Shown here: piece by piece, positions 38,769 through 48,865 of the stretch
How positions within the stretch are numbered: the stretch's first letter is position 1
Layout of the letters: each line of letters begins with the position of its first letter
Virus record (IMG/VR): IMGVR_UViG_3300028603_000003
Direction: 5' to 3' (one strand)
Origin: a virus
Taxonomy: Duplodnaviria; Heunggongvirae; Uroviricota; Caudoviricetes
DNA: 64,000 bases
Position numbers and translations under genes: made by a program
The notes under the pieces: model-generated
What the model saw: the letters and a program-made list of their open reading frames with translations, nothing else
What the model was told of the DNA's origin: nothing
Databases searched by the model: none

Positions 38769-38795
38769 TGATCTATCGATAAGGTTCAGGAAATC

Positions 38796-38834
38796 AAAAA
38801 GGGGCTTGACGGCCCCTTTTTCTTTTGGTACAAT
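38796..38834 (+). promoter_or_regulatory. PeSL-like cassette copy 2
   Basis: Identical hairpin/-35/spacer/TACAAT, followed by the cctctaCATCAACT leader. Confidence 0.6.
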
Positions 38835-38864
38835 CCTCTACATCAACTCGCAACTGAAACTGAC

Positions 38865-39128
38865 ATGAACAAAAATCTTAGATTTCACAGTGAAATTTGC
38901 AGCTTCGCAGTGATCACCGCGTATATTGAGGCAGGTCACGGAAAGCGAGCAGCAGCTAAGGCGGGAAGAGTTGTTTCTGGGCTTCTCGTTGCGGCAGCGA
39001 AATCTGGGGAGATTGCTGCAATCCGCAGACACAATCCGGTAACTGGGGCGAGCACCTCCTATGTAATTTCTGAAGAACAAGTAGAAAAAATCCGCGCAGA
39101 AGCAATTGCTCGCGCAGGTCGCAGATAA
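38865..39128 (+). CDS. hypothetical protein
   Basis: First ORF after the promoter cassette. Confidence 0.4.
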   Translation: MNKNLRFHSEICSFAVITAYIEAGHGKRAAAKAGRVVSGLLVAAAKSGEIAAIRRHNPVTGASTSYVISEEQVEKIRAEAIARAGRR

Positions 39129-39151
39129 TAAACCAAAAGGAAATATATATC

Positions 39152-39346
39152 ATGTTTAGCACTATTGTTGCGGTACTAGCCTTTGTTTTCACAACTTTTT
39201 GTTTTTGTGTGTGGCTATACTCTTTTTGTTTTGATCCCAAGATCGAGGCCCATCGCCAGATGGGCATAGATTTTAAAATTAAGTGGAATGTTATTGCACT
39301 CGCCTTTGTTGTTTGGTTTGTCAGCGGCGTTTATCTTTGGGGATGA
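39152..39346 (+). CDS. small membrane protein
   Basis: Two TM-like segments. Confidence 0.35.
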   Translation: MFSTIVAVLAFVFTTFCFCVWLYSFCFDPKIEAHRQMGIDFKIKWNVIALAFVVWFVSGVYLWG

Positions 39347-39348
39347 AA

Positions 39349-39540
39349 ATGTTTGAACGGATTGTGTTTGAAACGGAGCACCACCCCTCAATATCTGTTA
39401 GATTTGATGAGGAATGCCCGATTCCAAATCTCGGAGATTTTGTTGCAATTGGTGAGCGACCAAACCACATTGAGGGAAAGGTCGTTGAGCGAACTTTTCG
39501 CTACGATTACAAGGCAATTTATATCAAACTGGAGGCATAA
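39349..39540 (+). CDS. hypothetical small protein
   Basis: ORF only. Confidence 0.3.
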   Translation: MFERIVFETEHHPSISVRFDEECPIPNLGDFVAIGERPNHIEGKVVERTFRYDYKAIYIKLEA

Positions 39541-39708
39541 TGCTAGAGGTCGATACCAAGAAAGAAGCAATCGAAACCATCAAGAGAATCTGGAAAGAAC
39601 AGGTAGCTCTTGCAAACGACGATCCCAACAGCTATAATGCAGGTGCTCGCGACGTTGCCTTCAAGATCGGCAGCGAACTTTTTGGTGAAGAATTTAATAG
39701 GGGTTGAA

Positions 39709-40155
39709 ATGTCTAAAAATTCTGAAGAACTGGTTTTGGTTGATATCAAGAATTGCCATCGGAAAGAACTCGACTGGGCGTGCGCTATGTGGGTCGAGCC
39801 GGTCCTTGACCCTGAACGGTGCAAGAAGAAGGGACACAAAGTTGTTTATAGTGACTATAGAGGCAAGGGTGGAACGCTTCAAGTTTTTGTAGCTGAGAAG
39901 CGACTCAGCTATGACTTCAGCGTTGGACCACATCGGGCGGTCGAATACGCGAAGCATTTCGGACTAGAGCTTCATATGAATAACGGAATTACCACAGCAG
40001 TGTTTGATGGTGAGACTGTTTTTGTTGGGGCCAGCTTCGGCGAAGTGGTGGCTCGCGCTGCACTTTATGCGTGTGTTCGCCATCGAGGAACTGTGGGTTC
40101 TGTCCTTGTGCCTGAAGGACTTCACCTGATCTGCGAACAGCCCAAGAATGGCTAG
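39709..40155 (+). CDS. hypothetical protein
   Basis: ORF. Alternative longer start at 39610. Confidence 0.4.
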   Translation: MSKNSEELVLVDIKNCHRKELDWACAMWVEPVLDPERCKKKGHKVVYSDYRGKGGTLQVFVAEKRLSYDFSVGPHRAVEYAKHFGLELHMNNGITTAVFDGETVFVGASFGEVVARAALYACVRHRGTVGSVLVPEGLHLICEQPKNG

Positions 40156-40417
40156 ACCTAAAAAGGTTATAGTAGAGGGGTTCGCCCTAGAAGACTTGGT
40201 CAAGAAGCTTCGCCCATTTGCAGTGGAGCCATGGCTAATGGGCTACTTCACTTCGGAAGAAGTTCTGGCCCTGTATGAATACGGTGCGGGCCTTCCTATT
40301 AGCTGGAACATTGAAACCACCAAACTTTTGATTGAACGTGACCCAACTCGTAGAGTCATCTTCTGGTTCAATCCATCAAAACAAATACAGAAGGAATATG
40401 ATGAATCCCTGCGTTAA
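40148..40417 (+). CDS. hypothetical protein
   Basis: ORF only. Confidence 0.35.
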   Translation: MARPKKVIVEGFALEDLVKKLRPFAVEPWLMGYFTSEEVLALYEYGAGLPISWNIETTKLLIERDPTRRVIFWFNPSKQIQKEYDESLR

Positions 40418-40669
40418 GTGCCTGCACTACTCGGAGACAAACGACCCTTATGACAACCGCCGTGTAAACAAGATTTGTATGAGGCCAACAACAAAGACTG
40501 ATCTGGTCACAGGGAAACAATTACCTCAATTTGTCGAGTGTTATACAGAACGCTCTAAGACTTGGGCACTTTTTGGTGGGTGTGGCCCAAGCGGAAAGTT
40601 TTTCGTTAAACGGCCAGTTGTCAAACTAAACCCACCGGGAAAAGAATAAACTACCGGATAGAAAAGTGC

Positions 40670-40698
40670 TTGACAGCGGGGTCGCGTGGGGATATAAT
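40670..40698 (+). promoter_or_regulatory. consensus sigma70 promoter TTGACA-N17-TATAAT
   Basis: Followed by tcactCCATCAACTAcac and a ggag RBS for a 55-aa GTG-start ORF (40731..40895). Confidence 0.5.
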
Positions 40699-40910
40699 TC
40701 ACTCCATCAACTACACAACTGGAGCGAATCGTGACCCAAGACAACACCCATTGGATGTACTATGACAATCAACTGGTGGTGCCCTTTGTTGTGGCTGACG
40801 ATGGAACTCTGGTTGCAACCCACTGGGAACAATTCGCAACCTTCTTCAACAACGAATTCGAAACCATTTCTGCCGGTATTGAATACTGGGCTTAATCAAA
40901 AGGAAATATT

Positions 40911-41285
40911 ATGCTGATCACTGCCAATTTTATTGACGCCATCAAAGTAAAATTCAAGAAACCGATCTGCGAAGAAGACTTTCCTGAAAAGGGAATGAAG
41001 GCTTGGCTTGTGGATGTTGAATGGGATCAAAAATGCGAATGCTATAAGCTTTACTTTGATTTCTCCGAGTTCGAGGAACACAACGCAAAGTATTTTAAGG
41101 CGGACTATCACCCCAATGTTCACACGCAAGAACTCGGACTCAAAACTGGGCGAAAGAAATTCACCGCAATCGAGGCTGGATGTTACAATCCGAAGTATGA
41201 CGTGTATTTCTCATTCGAAGGTCTGGTTACTCGGGATGACGAGGCATTCAAGCGAGAAATTCTGGCTTACTTGCAAGTGGTGTAA
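40911..41285 (+). CDS. hypothetical protein
   Basis: ORF only. Confidence 0.4.
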   Translation: MLITANFIDAIKVKFKKPICEEDFPEKGMKAWLVDVEWDQKCECYKLYFDFSEFEEHNAKYFKADYHPNVHTQELGLKTGRKKFTAIEAGCYNPKYDVYFSFEGLVTRDDEAFKREILAYLQVV

Positions 41286-41291
41286 AAGCCA

Positions 41292-41320
41292 TTGACAACA
41301 AGCCTGAGTAGAGATACAAT
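41292..41320 (+). promoter_or_regulatory. sigma70 promoter TTGACA-N17-TACAAT
   Basis: Hexamers and spacer. Confidence 0.5.
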
Positions 41321-41350
41321 AGCGACATCTTAACTTGACTCGAAAACAAA

Positions 41351-41893
41351 ATGAACCGCCAACAAATCATCGCTGAAGTTCAAAGCCTGTTCGAAAAAGT
41401 TACTGCCCGTCGAGAGTTTGCAGACATGCAGTTCCCGAATATTGTCTTCGAGGTTGACACTCCGAGGATTTTTGGTCGCGCTTTTCTTTCCAGTAACAAA
41501 CTGGACTTTAACGAAAAAGTCGCGTCCGTTAGTGGGCAAGACTACGTTGACACCGTTCGCCACGAGTTCGCACACCTCATGGTTCAACATGTTTACAAGG
41601 GCAGGAACAAGCAAGCGCACGGCCCCGAGTTTCGCATGATGTGTAGTCTTATCGGATGTTCGGGTAAGACCTACGCAGACATTTCTGAGCTAAAGGGTCA
41701 GATTCAGATTAAGCGAAACAAGGTAACTCGGCTCGCGTTCAAGTGCAATTGTGGGACGCACTACTTTACCAAGCAACAAGGCATCAAGATTCTCGCCTAT
41801 GGTTCAAAGTGCATGTCTTGCAATTCTTCGCCGAAGCATGTAAAATCTGTTGTTGTTGCTTCTAACCATCCTCGATTCCTTAAGGGAGCTTAA
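41351..41893 (+). CDS. SprT-like zinc metalloprotease domain protein
   Basis: HEFAHLMVQH (HExxH), and a C-terminal Cys-rich ribbon CNCGTHY...CMSCN. Confidence 0.6.
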   Translation: MNRQQIIAEVQSLFEKVTARREFADMQFPNIVFEVDTPRIFGRAFLSSNKLDFNEKVASVSGQDYVDTVRHEFAHLMVQHVYKGRNKQAHGPEFRMMCSLIGCSGKTYADISELKGQIQIKRNKVTRLAFKCNCGTHYFTKQQGIKILAYGSKCMSCNSSPKHVKSVVVASNHPRFLKGA

Positions 41894-42031
41894 AATGAAA
41901 TTCGCAATTATTGATTCTCGCACTGGAAAGATTCTCATCAAGTCTGGTTCCGAAGAAATTGTTCGTGAAGCATACAAGGCTTACAGCCAAGGGTGGGGCC
42001 GACTTTCTGGCTACGTCGTTGTGGGGACCAA

Positions 42032-42301
42032 ATGAATAATCAGCGTTATGTTCGCGTGGCTCGCGGAAGAGCAATATACTTTGTACGCGAAGAGTCTTTA
42101 AAGGTGCACAATTCCGGTGCAGATTATTTTGTTCTTCGAATGATCAGCGATTTTGTAGTCGAGGACAATAAACTTTTGAAGTCAAGAATGTCTGTGTTGG
42201 ATATGGTAGATGCCCACATAGAAAGCCACCTAAAATCAGAAGTCATCACCGAAGCACAGTTCGATTCGGAAAAGATCAAAGAACACTATTTGGAGTTTTA
42301 A
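42032..42301 (+). CDS. hypothetical protein
   Basis: ATG overlapping the upstream TGA. Confidence 0.35.
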   Translation: MNNQRYVRVARGRAIYFVREESLKVHNSGADYFVLRMISDFVVEDNKLLKSRMSVLDMVDAHIESHLKSEVITEAQFDSEKIKEHYLEF

Positions 42302-42535
42302 TGGTGTGTTTGGTCATTAACTCACATTTGACTGGTAACTAAAAATGGAATATAGTAGAACCCTAGAGTTTTATGACTCTGACACAGAAGATCGGTTTAG
42401 GGTGGGGCTGAGCGTTATCGAAGGTCAGCGGCTTTTCTTCTTGGAAACCAAAACAGAATCCTGCACAACTTCGTTAAATAAAGCTCAACTTGAAGAACTA
42501 AAAAAGTTTGTAAATAACCTTTGAGGAAAATTTAA

Positions 42536-43417
42536 ATGATGAATATTAAGACCGCACTAGTTACTGTAGCAGCTTCGATTGGCCTTGTCGCTTGTGGGCA
42601 GCAGGTTGAAGTTCCCGCAGCACACGTTGCCAAGATCATGACCAAGGACGGCTATAAGGCCGACACAATCGGTACGTCAAAGTTCCGACTGGACTGGTGT
42701 TGGGCCTATTGCGACAAGCTGGTTCTGCTTGACGCTTCTGACCAGTCAGTCTCTGAGAAGATGGAACTGTTCATGCCACAAGACAAGCTGAACATGAGTT
42801 TTGATCTTCGCCTGACCATGATTGTCAATCCGAAGAAGTACGAAGAACTCTTTGCTCGCATTCCGCCTGTGAATCAAAACGGAGTGGATTTCATTTCTTG
42901 GAACCGCACTTATCAAACTTATGCTCAACAGATCGTCCGTAGCGAGGCCCGAGAGTTCCTGAGTGGCTTCACCATTGCCGAGATTGCTTCGAGTCGAGAA
43001 GCCATCAATGCTCAGCTTAGCGAACGACTGACTAAGAGCATTAACGAAAAGACTCCCTTCCAAGTTCGATATGTTGGTCTGGCTGATATCCAGTATCCAG
43101 AAATCATCGTAAAGGCACAGGAGAATGCGGCGGAGCGACGGGAGCAGATTCAGCAAGAGGAAGCCCAACTAGAAATTTCTCGGGTTCAACTTGAACGCAA
43201 TCTGCAAGAACAGCAACTCCAACGAAAGGTTGATGTAGAGCGAGCACAAGCAGAGGCGGAAGTTGCCCGAATTCAATCCCAGTCGCTTACTCCACAATAC
43301 ATTCGCTACCGCGAACTGCAAATTCTGGAGAAGATGGCTTCGAGTGAGAACAAGATTTTTGTTCCTAGCTCGATGCTAGACTCGGTTGCAGGACAAGTGC
43401 AGGTTGGTCGCCAATAA
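42536..43417 (+). CDS. SPFH/band-7 (prohibitin/HflKC-like) domain lipoprotein
   Basis: Signal peptide plus lipobox LVAC. SPFH-like core, then a long Q/E-rich coiled-coil tail. Confidence 0.55.
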   Translation: MMNIKTALVTVAASIGLVACGQQVEVPAAHVAKIMTKDGYKADTIGTSKFRLDWCWAYCDKLVLLDASDQSVSEKMELFMPQDKLNMSFDLRLTMIVNPKKYEELFARIPPVNQNGVDFISWNRTYQTYAQQIVRSEAREFLSGFTIAEIASSREAINAQLSERLTKSINEKTPFQVRYVGLADIQYPEIIVKAQENAAERREQIQQEEAQLEISRVQLERNLQEQQLQRKVDVERAQAEAEVARIQSQSLTPQYIRYRELQILEKMASSENKIFVPSSMLDSVAGQVQVGRQ

Positions 43418-43460
43418 ATCTTGATGGGAAGGGGGAGGCGAAAGTTTCCCCTTTGTTTAT

Positions 43461-43880
43461 ATGAGCAATCCAAAGTTTTCGATGACTGTTGCAGATGCCA
43501 GTTCAATTCTGAATGCCTGTTGTGGTCAATACTACAAAGATAAAGAAGCAAGAGTGCATGCACGCAGAGAAGAGCTAGTATTGCATTGCTTGAATGATCT
43601 ACAAAACGGGTTCTTTTATCGGTTGAAACGCAAGATTTTCAAACTACCAGAACCAACTCGATTTGATGCGATCATCAAACTACGAAAAACTTATCCCGGA
43701 AATTCGAAAGTTTCTGTCTGGAATTCTGTGTATGACGGAGAGTCCGACAAGGACGAGATTGCCGAGTCGCTTTATTGCTTGGCCTCACTCCACAATAAGT
43801 TGACAGATTCGCCTATCACGTTGTATGATTCCCACTTGTTGTTTTACTTGTTCTACGCTGCATTTGACGGGAGAGATTGA
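43461..43880 (+). CDS. hypothetical protein
   Basis: ORF only. Confidence 0.4.
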   Translation: MSNPKFSMTVADASSILNACCGQYYKDKEARVHARREELVLHCLNDLQNGFFYRLKRKIFKLPEPTRFDAIIKLRKTYPGNSKVSVWNSVYDGESDKDEIAESLYCLASLHNKLTDSPITLYDSHLLFYLFYAAFDGRD

Positions 43881-44158
43881 TGGAAGAGTTTCTTGTTTTG
43901 TGGGCTTTGGGGTTTTTCGCTTGTAACATTTTGGGTTTCTTGTTCGTGTATTTGTCTTGTCGATATAATACAGTTCGACATGGCATGTATGTTTTTTGTT
44001 TCGCTCTTCTTCCGGGAGTAAACCTTGTAGTTGCTCTGTATGCATTGGCGTTTTCGCTAACTATTTTGGCTTCTATTTTTTTGGATGCGTTCGAACGCAA
44101 ATACGAGAAAACTCTAGACCAACCATTGTCCACCCTTTTTAAAAGGAATTCAAAGTGA
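43877..44158 (+). CDS. small membrane protein
   Basis: Three hydrophobic segments. Confidence 0.4.
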   Translation: MMEEFLVLWALGFFACNILGFLFVYLSCRYNTVRHGMYVFCFALLPGVNLVVALYALAFSLTILASIFLDAFERKYEKTLDQPLSTLFKRNSK

Positions 44159-44451
44159 TTAAGCAATATCGCAAAAAGCCTGTTGTGATTGAGGCAGTAA
44201 AATTCGAATACTCCGAAGCGGGCATTAAGGAATTGCAAGATTTCTGTGGTAAGTGTTTGGTCAAGTGGGGAAAGGTTCGCGGATTATCCGCCGTTGGGTG
44301 GGCGCACATCGGCACGCTTGAAGACGGAGATAAGAACTCCTTTCAAGTAGAGCACATTGCGACTGAAGGCGATTACATTGTTAAGGGGGTTTCTGGAGAG
44401 TTTTACGCCTGCAAGCCAGACATCTTCGAAAAAACTTACGAATCAATTTAA
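44155..44451 (+). CDS. hypothetical protein
   Basis: ORF only. Confidence 0.4.
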   Translation: MIKQYRKKPVVIEAVKFEYSEAGIKELQDFCGKCLVKWGKVRGLSAVGWAHIGTLEDGDKNSFQVEHIATEGDYIVKGVSGEFYACKPDIFEKTYESI

Positions 44452-44460
44452 AGGAATCAA

Positions 44461-44830
44461 AATGGAACTACTGATTGCATATGCCACTAACGTTCTGCTT
44501 TCTTGGGGAATCTACTTTGCGGTCGGACTGTGTGCAGTTGCCGTTGTGATGGCAACTGAAAGCGTGACCGCAGATAGTCTAGAAGCAATCGGGCTGAAGA
44601 AGCGAATCTACCAAGTAGTCGGATTCTGGTGGCTGGCTACACTCTTGTTCTGTGCATTCAGCCCTGCCAATACTCCCAAGCGAGAACACCACGACAAGGT
44701 AGAATTGAACCAGAAGATTGAAACCCAGAATCTAACTCGCGAGGCTCCACAAGTAGTTGATCGAACTCGAAAGCCAGAAAAGACTACGGAAGAGCGAAAG
44801 GAAGACTTCAAAGATTTGGTTAAGTATTAA
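44461..44830 (+). CDS. membrane protein
   Basis: Two TM segments. Internal Met of track ORF 44357. Confidence 0.4.
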
Positions 44831-44833
44831 TTT

Positions 44834-44871
44834 AAAAGGGGCTTGACGGCCCCTTTTTCTTTTGATACAAT
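44834..44871 (+). promoter_or_regulatory. PeSL-like cassette copy 3
   Basis: Same hairpin/-35, but -10 is gaTACAAT. Followed by cttcatcgtCAACTAacc. Confidence 0.6.
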
Positions 44872-44905
44872 CTTCATCGTCAACTAACCAAACGGGGAAA
44901 TTTAA

Positions 44906-45202
44906 ATGAGCGGCTACAAATTCAATGTTGGCGACAGAGTGAAATACGTCGGACCCTTTGCATACTGTGAAGAAAACGAATTGGGAACTGTGGTCCGCCT
45001 CGAATTAGGCGGATACCTGCTTGTGCGATGGGACGAAGATGGGTGTACTTGCATGGTCCAGAAAAGAAACGTCGTTAAACAATTTCCAAAACAGAGTCCC
45101 GATGAAATGACTGTCGGTGAATTAAAGAATATTTTGGCACAATACACTGAAGATGTTGGCGTGTCAAAAGCTCTCTCAGAAATTTTTAACCGCACCTATT
45201 GA
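44906..45202 (+). CDS. hypothetical protein
   Basis: ORF downstream of the cassette. Confidence 0.4.
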   Translation: MSGYKFNVGDRVKYVGPFAYCEENELGTVVRLELGGYLLVRWDEDGCTCMVQKRNVVKQFPKQSPDEMTVGELKNILAQYTEDVGVSKALSEIFNRTY

Positions 45203-45227
45203 CTGAAACAAATCTTCAAAGTATAAT
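45199..45227 (+). promoter_or_regulatory. consensus sigma70 promoter TTGACT-N17-TATAAT
   Basis: Followed by tctctCCATCAACTAacc. Confidence 0.55.
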
Positions 45228-45261
45228 TCTCTCCATCAACTAACCAAAAGGAAATACGAAA

Positions 45262-45477
45262 ATGTCCAGCAACATTCCTCTTCGCGACTTTCTGGCCGCA
45301 TCCATCAGCAACAGCGACTTCAACCTTGACGGAGACACCGACCTTGCGGCAGAACTAGTCGGTCGCCCCCTCCCAAGCGGCGCAATCGAACAGATCGAGT
45401 GGGCATTTGAACTAGATGCCAAAATTCGCTACATGCGAGCAGACGCAATGATCCGGGTTTCTCGCTCAACTGATTGA
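45262..45477 (+). CDS. hypothetical small protein
   Basis: ORF only. Confidence 0.35.
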   Translation: MSSNIPLRDFLAASISNSDFNLDGDTDLAAELVGRPLPSGAIEQIEWAFELDAKIRYMRADAMIRVSRSTD

Positions 45478-45502
45478 CAGTCACGAACAATTGCTGTAGA
45501 AT
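45474..45502 (+). promoter_or_regulatory. sigma70 promoter TTGACA-N17-TAGAAT
   Basis: Followed by tcttcaCATCAACTAccc. Confidence 0.5.
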
Positions 45503-45535
45503 TCTTCACATCAACTACCCAATCAAGGAAAGATC

Positions 45536-45919
45536 ATGAAGGCCACCATCTTCCGCGCTGCCCACTACTACGGTGCTTCTACTTACGAGGTTGAACCTGA
45601 AGTGTTTGAATGCCACTACGCTCCTAGCCTGAAGATTGACCCTGACCTTCCTGACGGCGAGTTGTTCGAAGCCTGTCTCCACAGTATGGCTATTCGCGCT
45701 AGTAGCACTGGTCAAATCGCCCACCACAAGGGTTCGATGTCTCGTAACGGAAGTGTTCGTCGCAGTGAACGCGGGTTTGTGACTGTCAAGGGCGACGGCT
45801 GGATTTGCCAGTTTGCTTCTCCCGAAGTTTTGGAACTCGAAAAGAGCTTTTTGAAGTCTGGCGATTATCAGAAGGCGGTCGCCATTCGTGAACCGATTTC
45901 TGTCAGCCATTTCAACTAA
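45536..45919 (+). CDS. hypothetical protein
   Basis: ORF only. Confidence 0.4.
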   Translation: MKATIFRAAHYYGASTYEVEPEVFECHYAPSLKIDPDLPDGELFEACLHSMAIRASSTGQIAHHKGSMSRNGSVRRSERGFVTVKGDGWICQFASPEVLELEKSFLKSGDYQKAVAIREPISVSHFN

Positions 45920-45924
45920 ACCAG

Positions 45925-45953
45925 TTGACAGTTGGTTGAACTAGAAGTATAAT
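45925..45953 (+). promoter_or_regulatory. consensus sigma70 promoter TTGACA-N17-TATAAT
   Basis: Followed by cctcttCATCgACTgac. Confidence 0.55.
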
Positions 45954-45988
45954 CCTCTTCATCGACTGACACCTGAAGGAACGCAAAA

Positions 45989-46408
45989 ATGATCCACCTT
46001 AAACTCGAACAGGACAAAGTTGTTGGAATTCGCACTTCTTGGGATTCCAGCATGAACCCTAAAGAGTGGGTATCTCGTTGGGATTGGACTAGCTACGAGG
46101 AAGTCGAGAATATTGCCAAGCTGGTATCGGAATACTCAGGTCAAAAGTATCTCCCGGTTGATTGTGGAGAACATGTGAGTCCTCGCTTTGACATCGTAAA
46201 GGCTCCGGTTATTGGAGAAGAAGTTAGCCAGTATTTCAACGGGGATAGCTACCCCGAAGGCGTTGTGGTCAAGATTTCTGACAGTTACAAGATTATCACC
46301 ACTTCTACCGGAAAGAAGTTTTATCGTCGCAAACTTACCGGCTCTTGGCTGAGCCATGGTTGGTCCTTGATCTTGGGCCACCACAAAGAACTTAACCCCC
46401 ACTTCTAA
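45989..46408 (+). CDS. hypothetical protein
   Basis: ORF only. Confidence 0.4.
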   Translation: MIHLKLEQDKVVGIRTSWDSSMNPKEWVSRWDWTSYEEVENIAKLVSEYSGQKYLPVDCGEHVSPRFDIVKAPVIGEEVSQYFNGDSYPEGVVVKISDSYKIITTSTGKKFYRRKLTGSWLSHGWSLILGHHKELNPHF

Positions 46409-46420
46409 GGACAAACAATA

Positions 46421-46660
46421 ATGCAAGAAATCATTGTTTACCGCAATCCACTGGAAGCCCAATTTTGGGGAGCATTGTCTTCGGGCCAGTTGTTTCCGAT
46501 TATCATTGGTGTGATTGTGGCTGTGGCTATGGTTGTTATAGCGGAATGGGCATTTGGAAAAATTTTTGGCGTGCATCGTCGTCCGAAGTGGACTAGTAAT
46601 GCTAGTCTGTTCATCGGTGCTTTTGTTGGAATTTTTACTTCTTACTTTATGTGGATTTAA
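46421..46660 (+). CDS. small membrane protein
   Basis: Two TM segments. Confidence 0.4.
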   Translation: MQEIIVYRNPLEAQFWGALSSGQLFPIIIGVIVAVAMVVIAEWAFGKIFGVHRRPKWTSNASLFIGAFVGIFTSYFMWI

Positions 46661-46663
46661 AAC

Positions 46664-47119
46664 ATGATTGAAAATATTGGTCTGTTCATCTACCTTTACA
46701 CGATTCTTGAGAAGCTGATCTTTGCGGGGAGATTTGCGTTTTTCGCGTCCATTGTTGTAGCAGGTTTTACTTTGTTTACTACGGCAATGTTTCTAGATAC
46801 AAACTCTACCGCTTGGAATACAACCCAAGATCAGCGAAACACAAAAGAAGCTGAAATTAAAAACATCAGAAACAAAATCCTTAAAGCGTGTGCTATGTTT
46901 GGTGTAATCGGGGCACTACTAGTCACATTCATCCCCACTCGCGAAGATGCCAAACTAATTGCAGGCGTTGTGATTGGGGTTAACGTCGCCGAGAAAACAA
47001 TCGAGGCTGTCAACAAGTCTGAGCTAGTCGGGAAAGTGCTTGACATCGTTGAGAAAAAGATCGATAATACACTCATCGAACTTGACGCGGAAACCCAAAA
47101 GCTGAAGGAACAAAAGTGA
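46664..47119 (+). CDS. membrane protein
   Basis: Three or four hydrophobic segments. Confidence 0.4.
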   Translation: MIENIGLFIYLYTILEKLIFAGRFAFFASIVVAGFTLFTTAMFLDTNSTAWNTTQDQRNTKEAEIKNIRNKILKACAMFGVIGALLVTFIPTREDAKLIAGVVIGVNVAEKTIEAVNKSELVGKVLDIVEKKIDNTLIELDAETQKLKEQK

Positions 47120-47321
47120 TGGTTTTTGAATTGACTCACCTCTTTTTTAAGAGTGCGCCAGCTAAGACCTTCACCGAAAATAAGGCCCCAGACTGGCTGA
47201 CTTCTGAAAATACAATTCCGGGTTCTACGATGGATTATCGTTGGTTCTGGAAAGATCATGTATGTAAGCTAGAAGTCGGAAAGTTCATCGATACAGATTT
47301 TAACCGAATAAAGAGGATCAA

Positions 47322-47912
47322 ATGAAAGAGAATCTAGGTGAAAAGTTGGCGGAACTGGAAGCGCAACGTGCGGTGATCTGCAATGAAATCGAAAGGCTCG
47401 GTGAACAATCAGAAAGGCTCTATGACGAGATCAGCCTGCTCAAAGACAAAATCTTTGAGCGCGAACTTTCCAAGACCGGCGAGGATAACTGGCCGCTGCT
47501 TCTCAAAGAGCAAAACAGTATGGCCTCTATAAAAGCACTTGACAAGGCTCTCGCCAAATACGAAATGATGTCGTCCGGCTATCGCCACACGACGATGCAG
47601 CGCGTCGTTCAGATCAGCCTGTACAAGTACGCCCCTGATAGCGCCGCGAAGCTCGAAAAGACCTTCGATGGCTTGCAGAAGATTCTACCGCATATCAAAC
47701 CTGTCGATGGTTGGAAGATCATCGACATCCTAGAAAGCACACTTGCTCAGCTTGGCTTTTACACCCTATACATCGGCGAAAAAGACTGCGAGCTTCGCAA
47801 GTGCACCTTCGGAAGCGAGCGGACGATCTTCAAGTCAAAAAGCTTGCGAGAAGTTCTTGAGTATATTCGGAAGAATCATCCTTACGACATTCCCGAAGAC
47901 CGTCGATACTAA
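47322..47912 (+). CDS. hypothetical protein
   Basis: ORF only. Confidence 0.4.
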   Translation: MKENLGEKLAELEAQRAVICNEIERLGEQSERLYDEISLLKDKIFERELSKTGEDNWPLLLKEQNSMASIKALDKALAKYEMMSSGYRHTTMQRVVQISLYKYAPDSAAKLEKTFDGLQKILPHIKPVDGWKIIDILESTLAQLGFYTLYIGEKDCELRKCTFGSERTIFKSKSLREVLEYIRKNHPYDIPEDRRY

Positions 47913-47926
47913 AGAAATCAAACCCA

Positions 47927-47955
47927 TTGACTACAGACCCGAAAAGAGTTATACT
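47927..47955 (+). promoter_or_regulatory. sigma70 promoter TTGACT-N17-TATACT
   Basis: Followed by cttctCCATCAACTAcc. Confidence 0.5.
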
Positions 47956-47990
47956 CTTCTCCATCAACTACCAATCACGAGGAACGAAAA

Positions 47991-48419
47991 ATGAATGATT
48001 CTAACTTTAGTGCAGAGTGCGCCCGTCTTCGACAGCATGCAATGGAAGTTAAGCTTGTGGGCGGATTTATGGAAGTCTCCCCCTCCGATATTGTTTTTCT
48101 GCTAGACAAAATCGAATCTTTGGAGAAAGAACTTGAAGTAGCGCGCAAAAGTATTGTCGAAGAACCCACACCCAAAGTTGACAACCAAGAGACTTTTACT
48201 GCGTGGCTTAGGAATACCGGACAATGCCTAGTTCCTGATCAGGGCAATACGACAATTGAAGTAAGCTTGCGAGATGGTACTGTTCAAAGGGGACGGGCAA
48301 ACGAATTTGATTGGCGCATTATCGGCGACGGAGGGGATATCCTTCACTATCGCGGAACCTTTACAAAGATCAATGTTCTCGCTGACATGGACAACACAAA
48401 CAAGGAAGACAAAAAATGA
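47991..48419 (+). CDS. hypothetical protein
   Basis: ORF only. Confidence 0.4.
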   Translation: MNDSNFSAECARLRQHAMEVKLVGGFMEVSPSDIVFLLDKIESLEKELEVARKSIVEEPTPKVDNQETFTAWLRNTGQCLVPDQGNTTIEVSLRDGTVQRGRANEFDWRIIGDGGDILHYRGTFTKINVLADMDNTNKEDKK

Positions 48420-48865
48420 CCGCCAACGACAACGAAACCAAAATGGAACACCCAAACAAAGACATGATCGTGGCGTGGGCCTCTGGCAAAAAGCTGCAAT
48501 TCAAGCACCCACTGTGGGATAATTGGAAAGATTGGGGCTATGGGTTTGATCGACTCCCCGACCTCCTTGTCCGGGCCGATGGCGCACACGAGTGGCGAGT
48601 GAAGCCGGAAGTAACTTTCTGCGAAGAGCGTGGGTATAAAGTCGGAGATCGATTCTTGGTCGATGCTGGAAGAGACTACGCCCCGTTTCCACCAAAAGAA
48701 GGCGAATGCGCGTTTTCAATGATTGTTGAGCTTTCCCTTGACGATGGCTCTATGGTCCCACAATTCACAATCCTCGTGCCGACCAAACATCGCCGCGCAG
48801 GAGAACGCACTTTTATTCTCCTAAATCACGTGAAAAAGATTGAACTCTTTGGGGAAGAAAAGTGA
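48416..48865 (+). CDS. hypothetical protein
   Basis: ORF only. Confidence 0.4.
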   Translation: MTANDNETKMEHPNKDMIVAWASGKKLQFKHPLWDNWKDWGYGFDRLPDLLVRADGAHEWRVKPEVTFCEERGYKVGDRFLVDAGRDYAPFPPKEGECAFSMIVELSLDDGSMVPQFTILVPTKHRRAGERTFILLNHVKKIELFGEEK

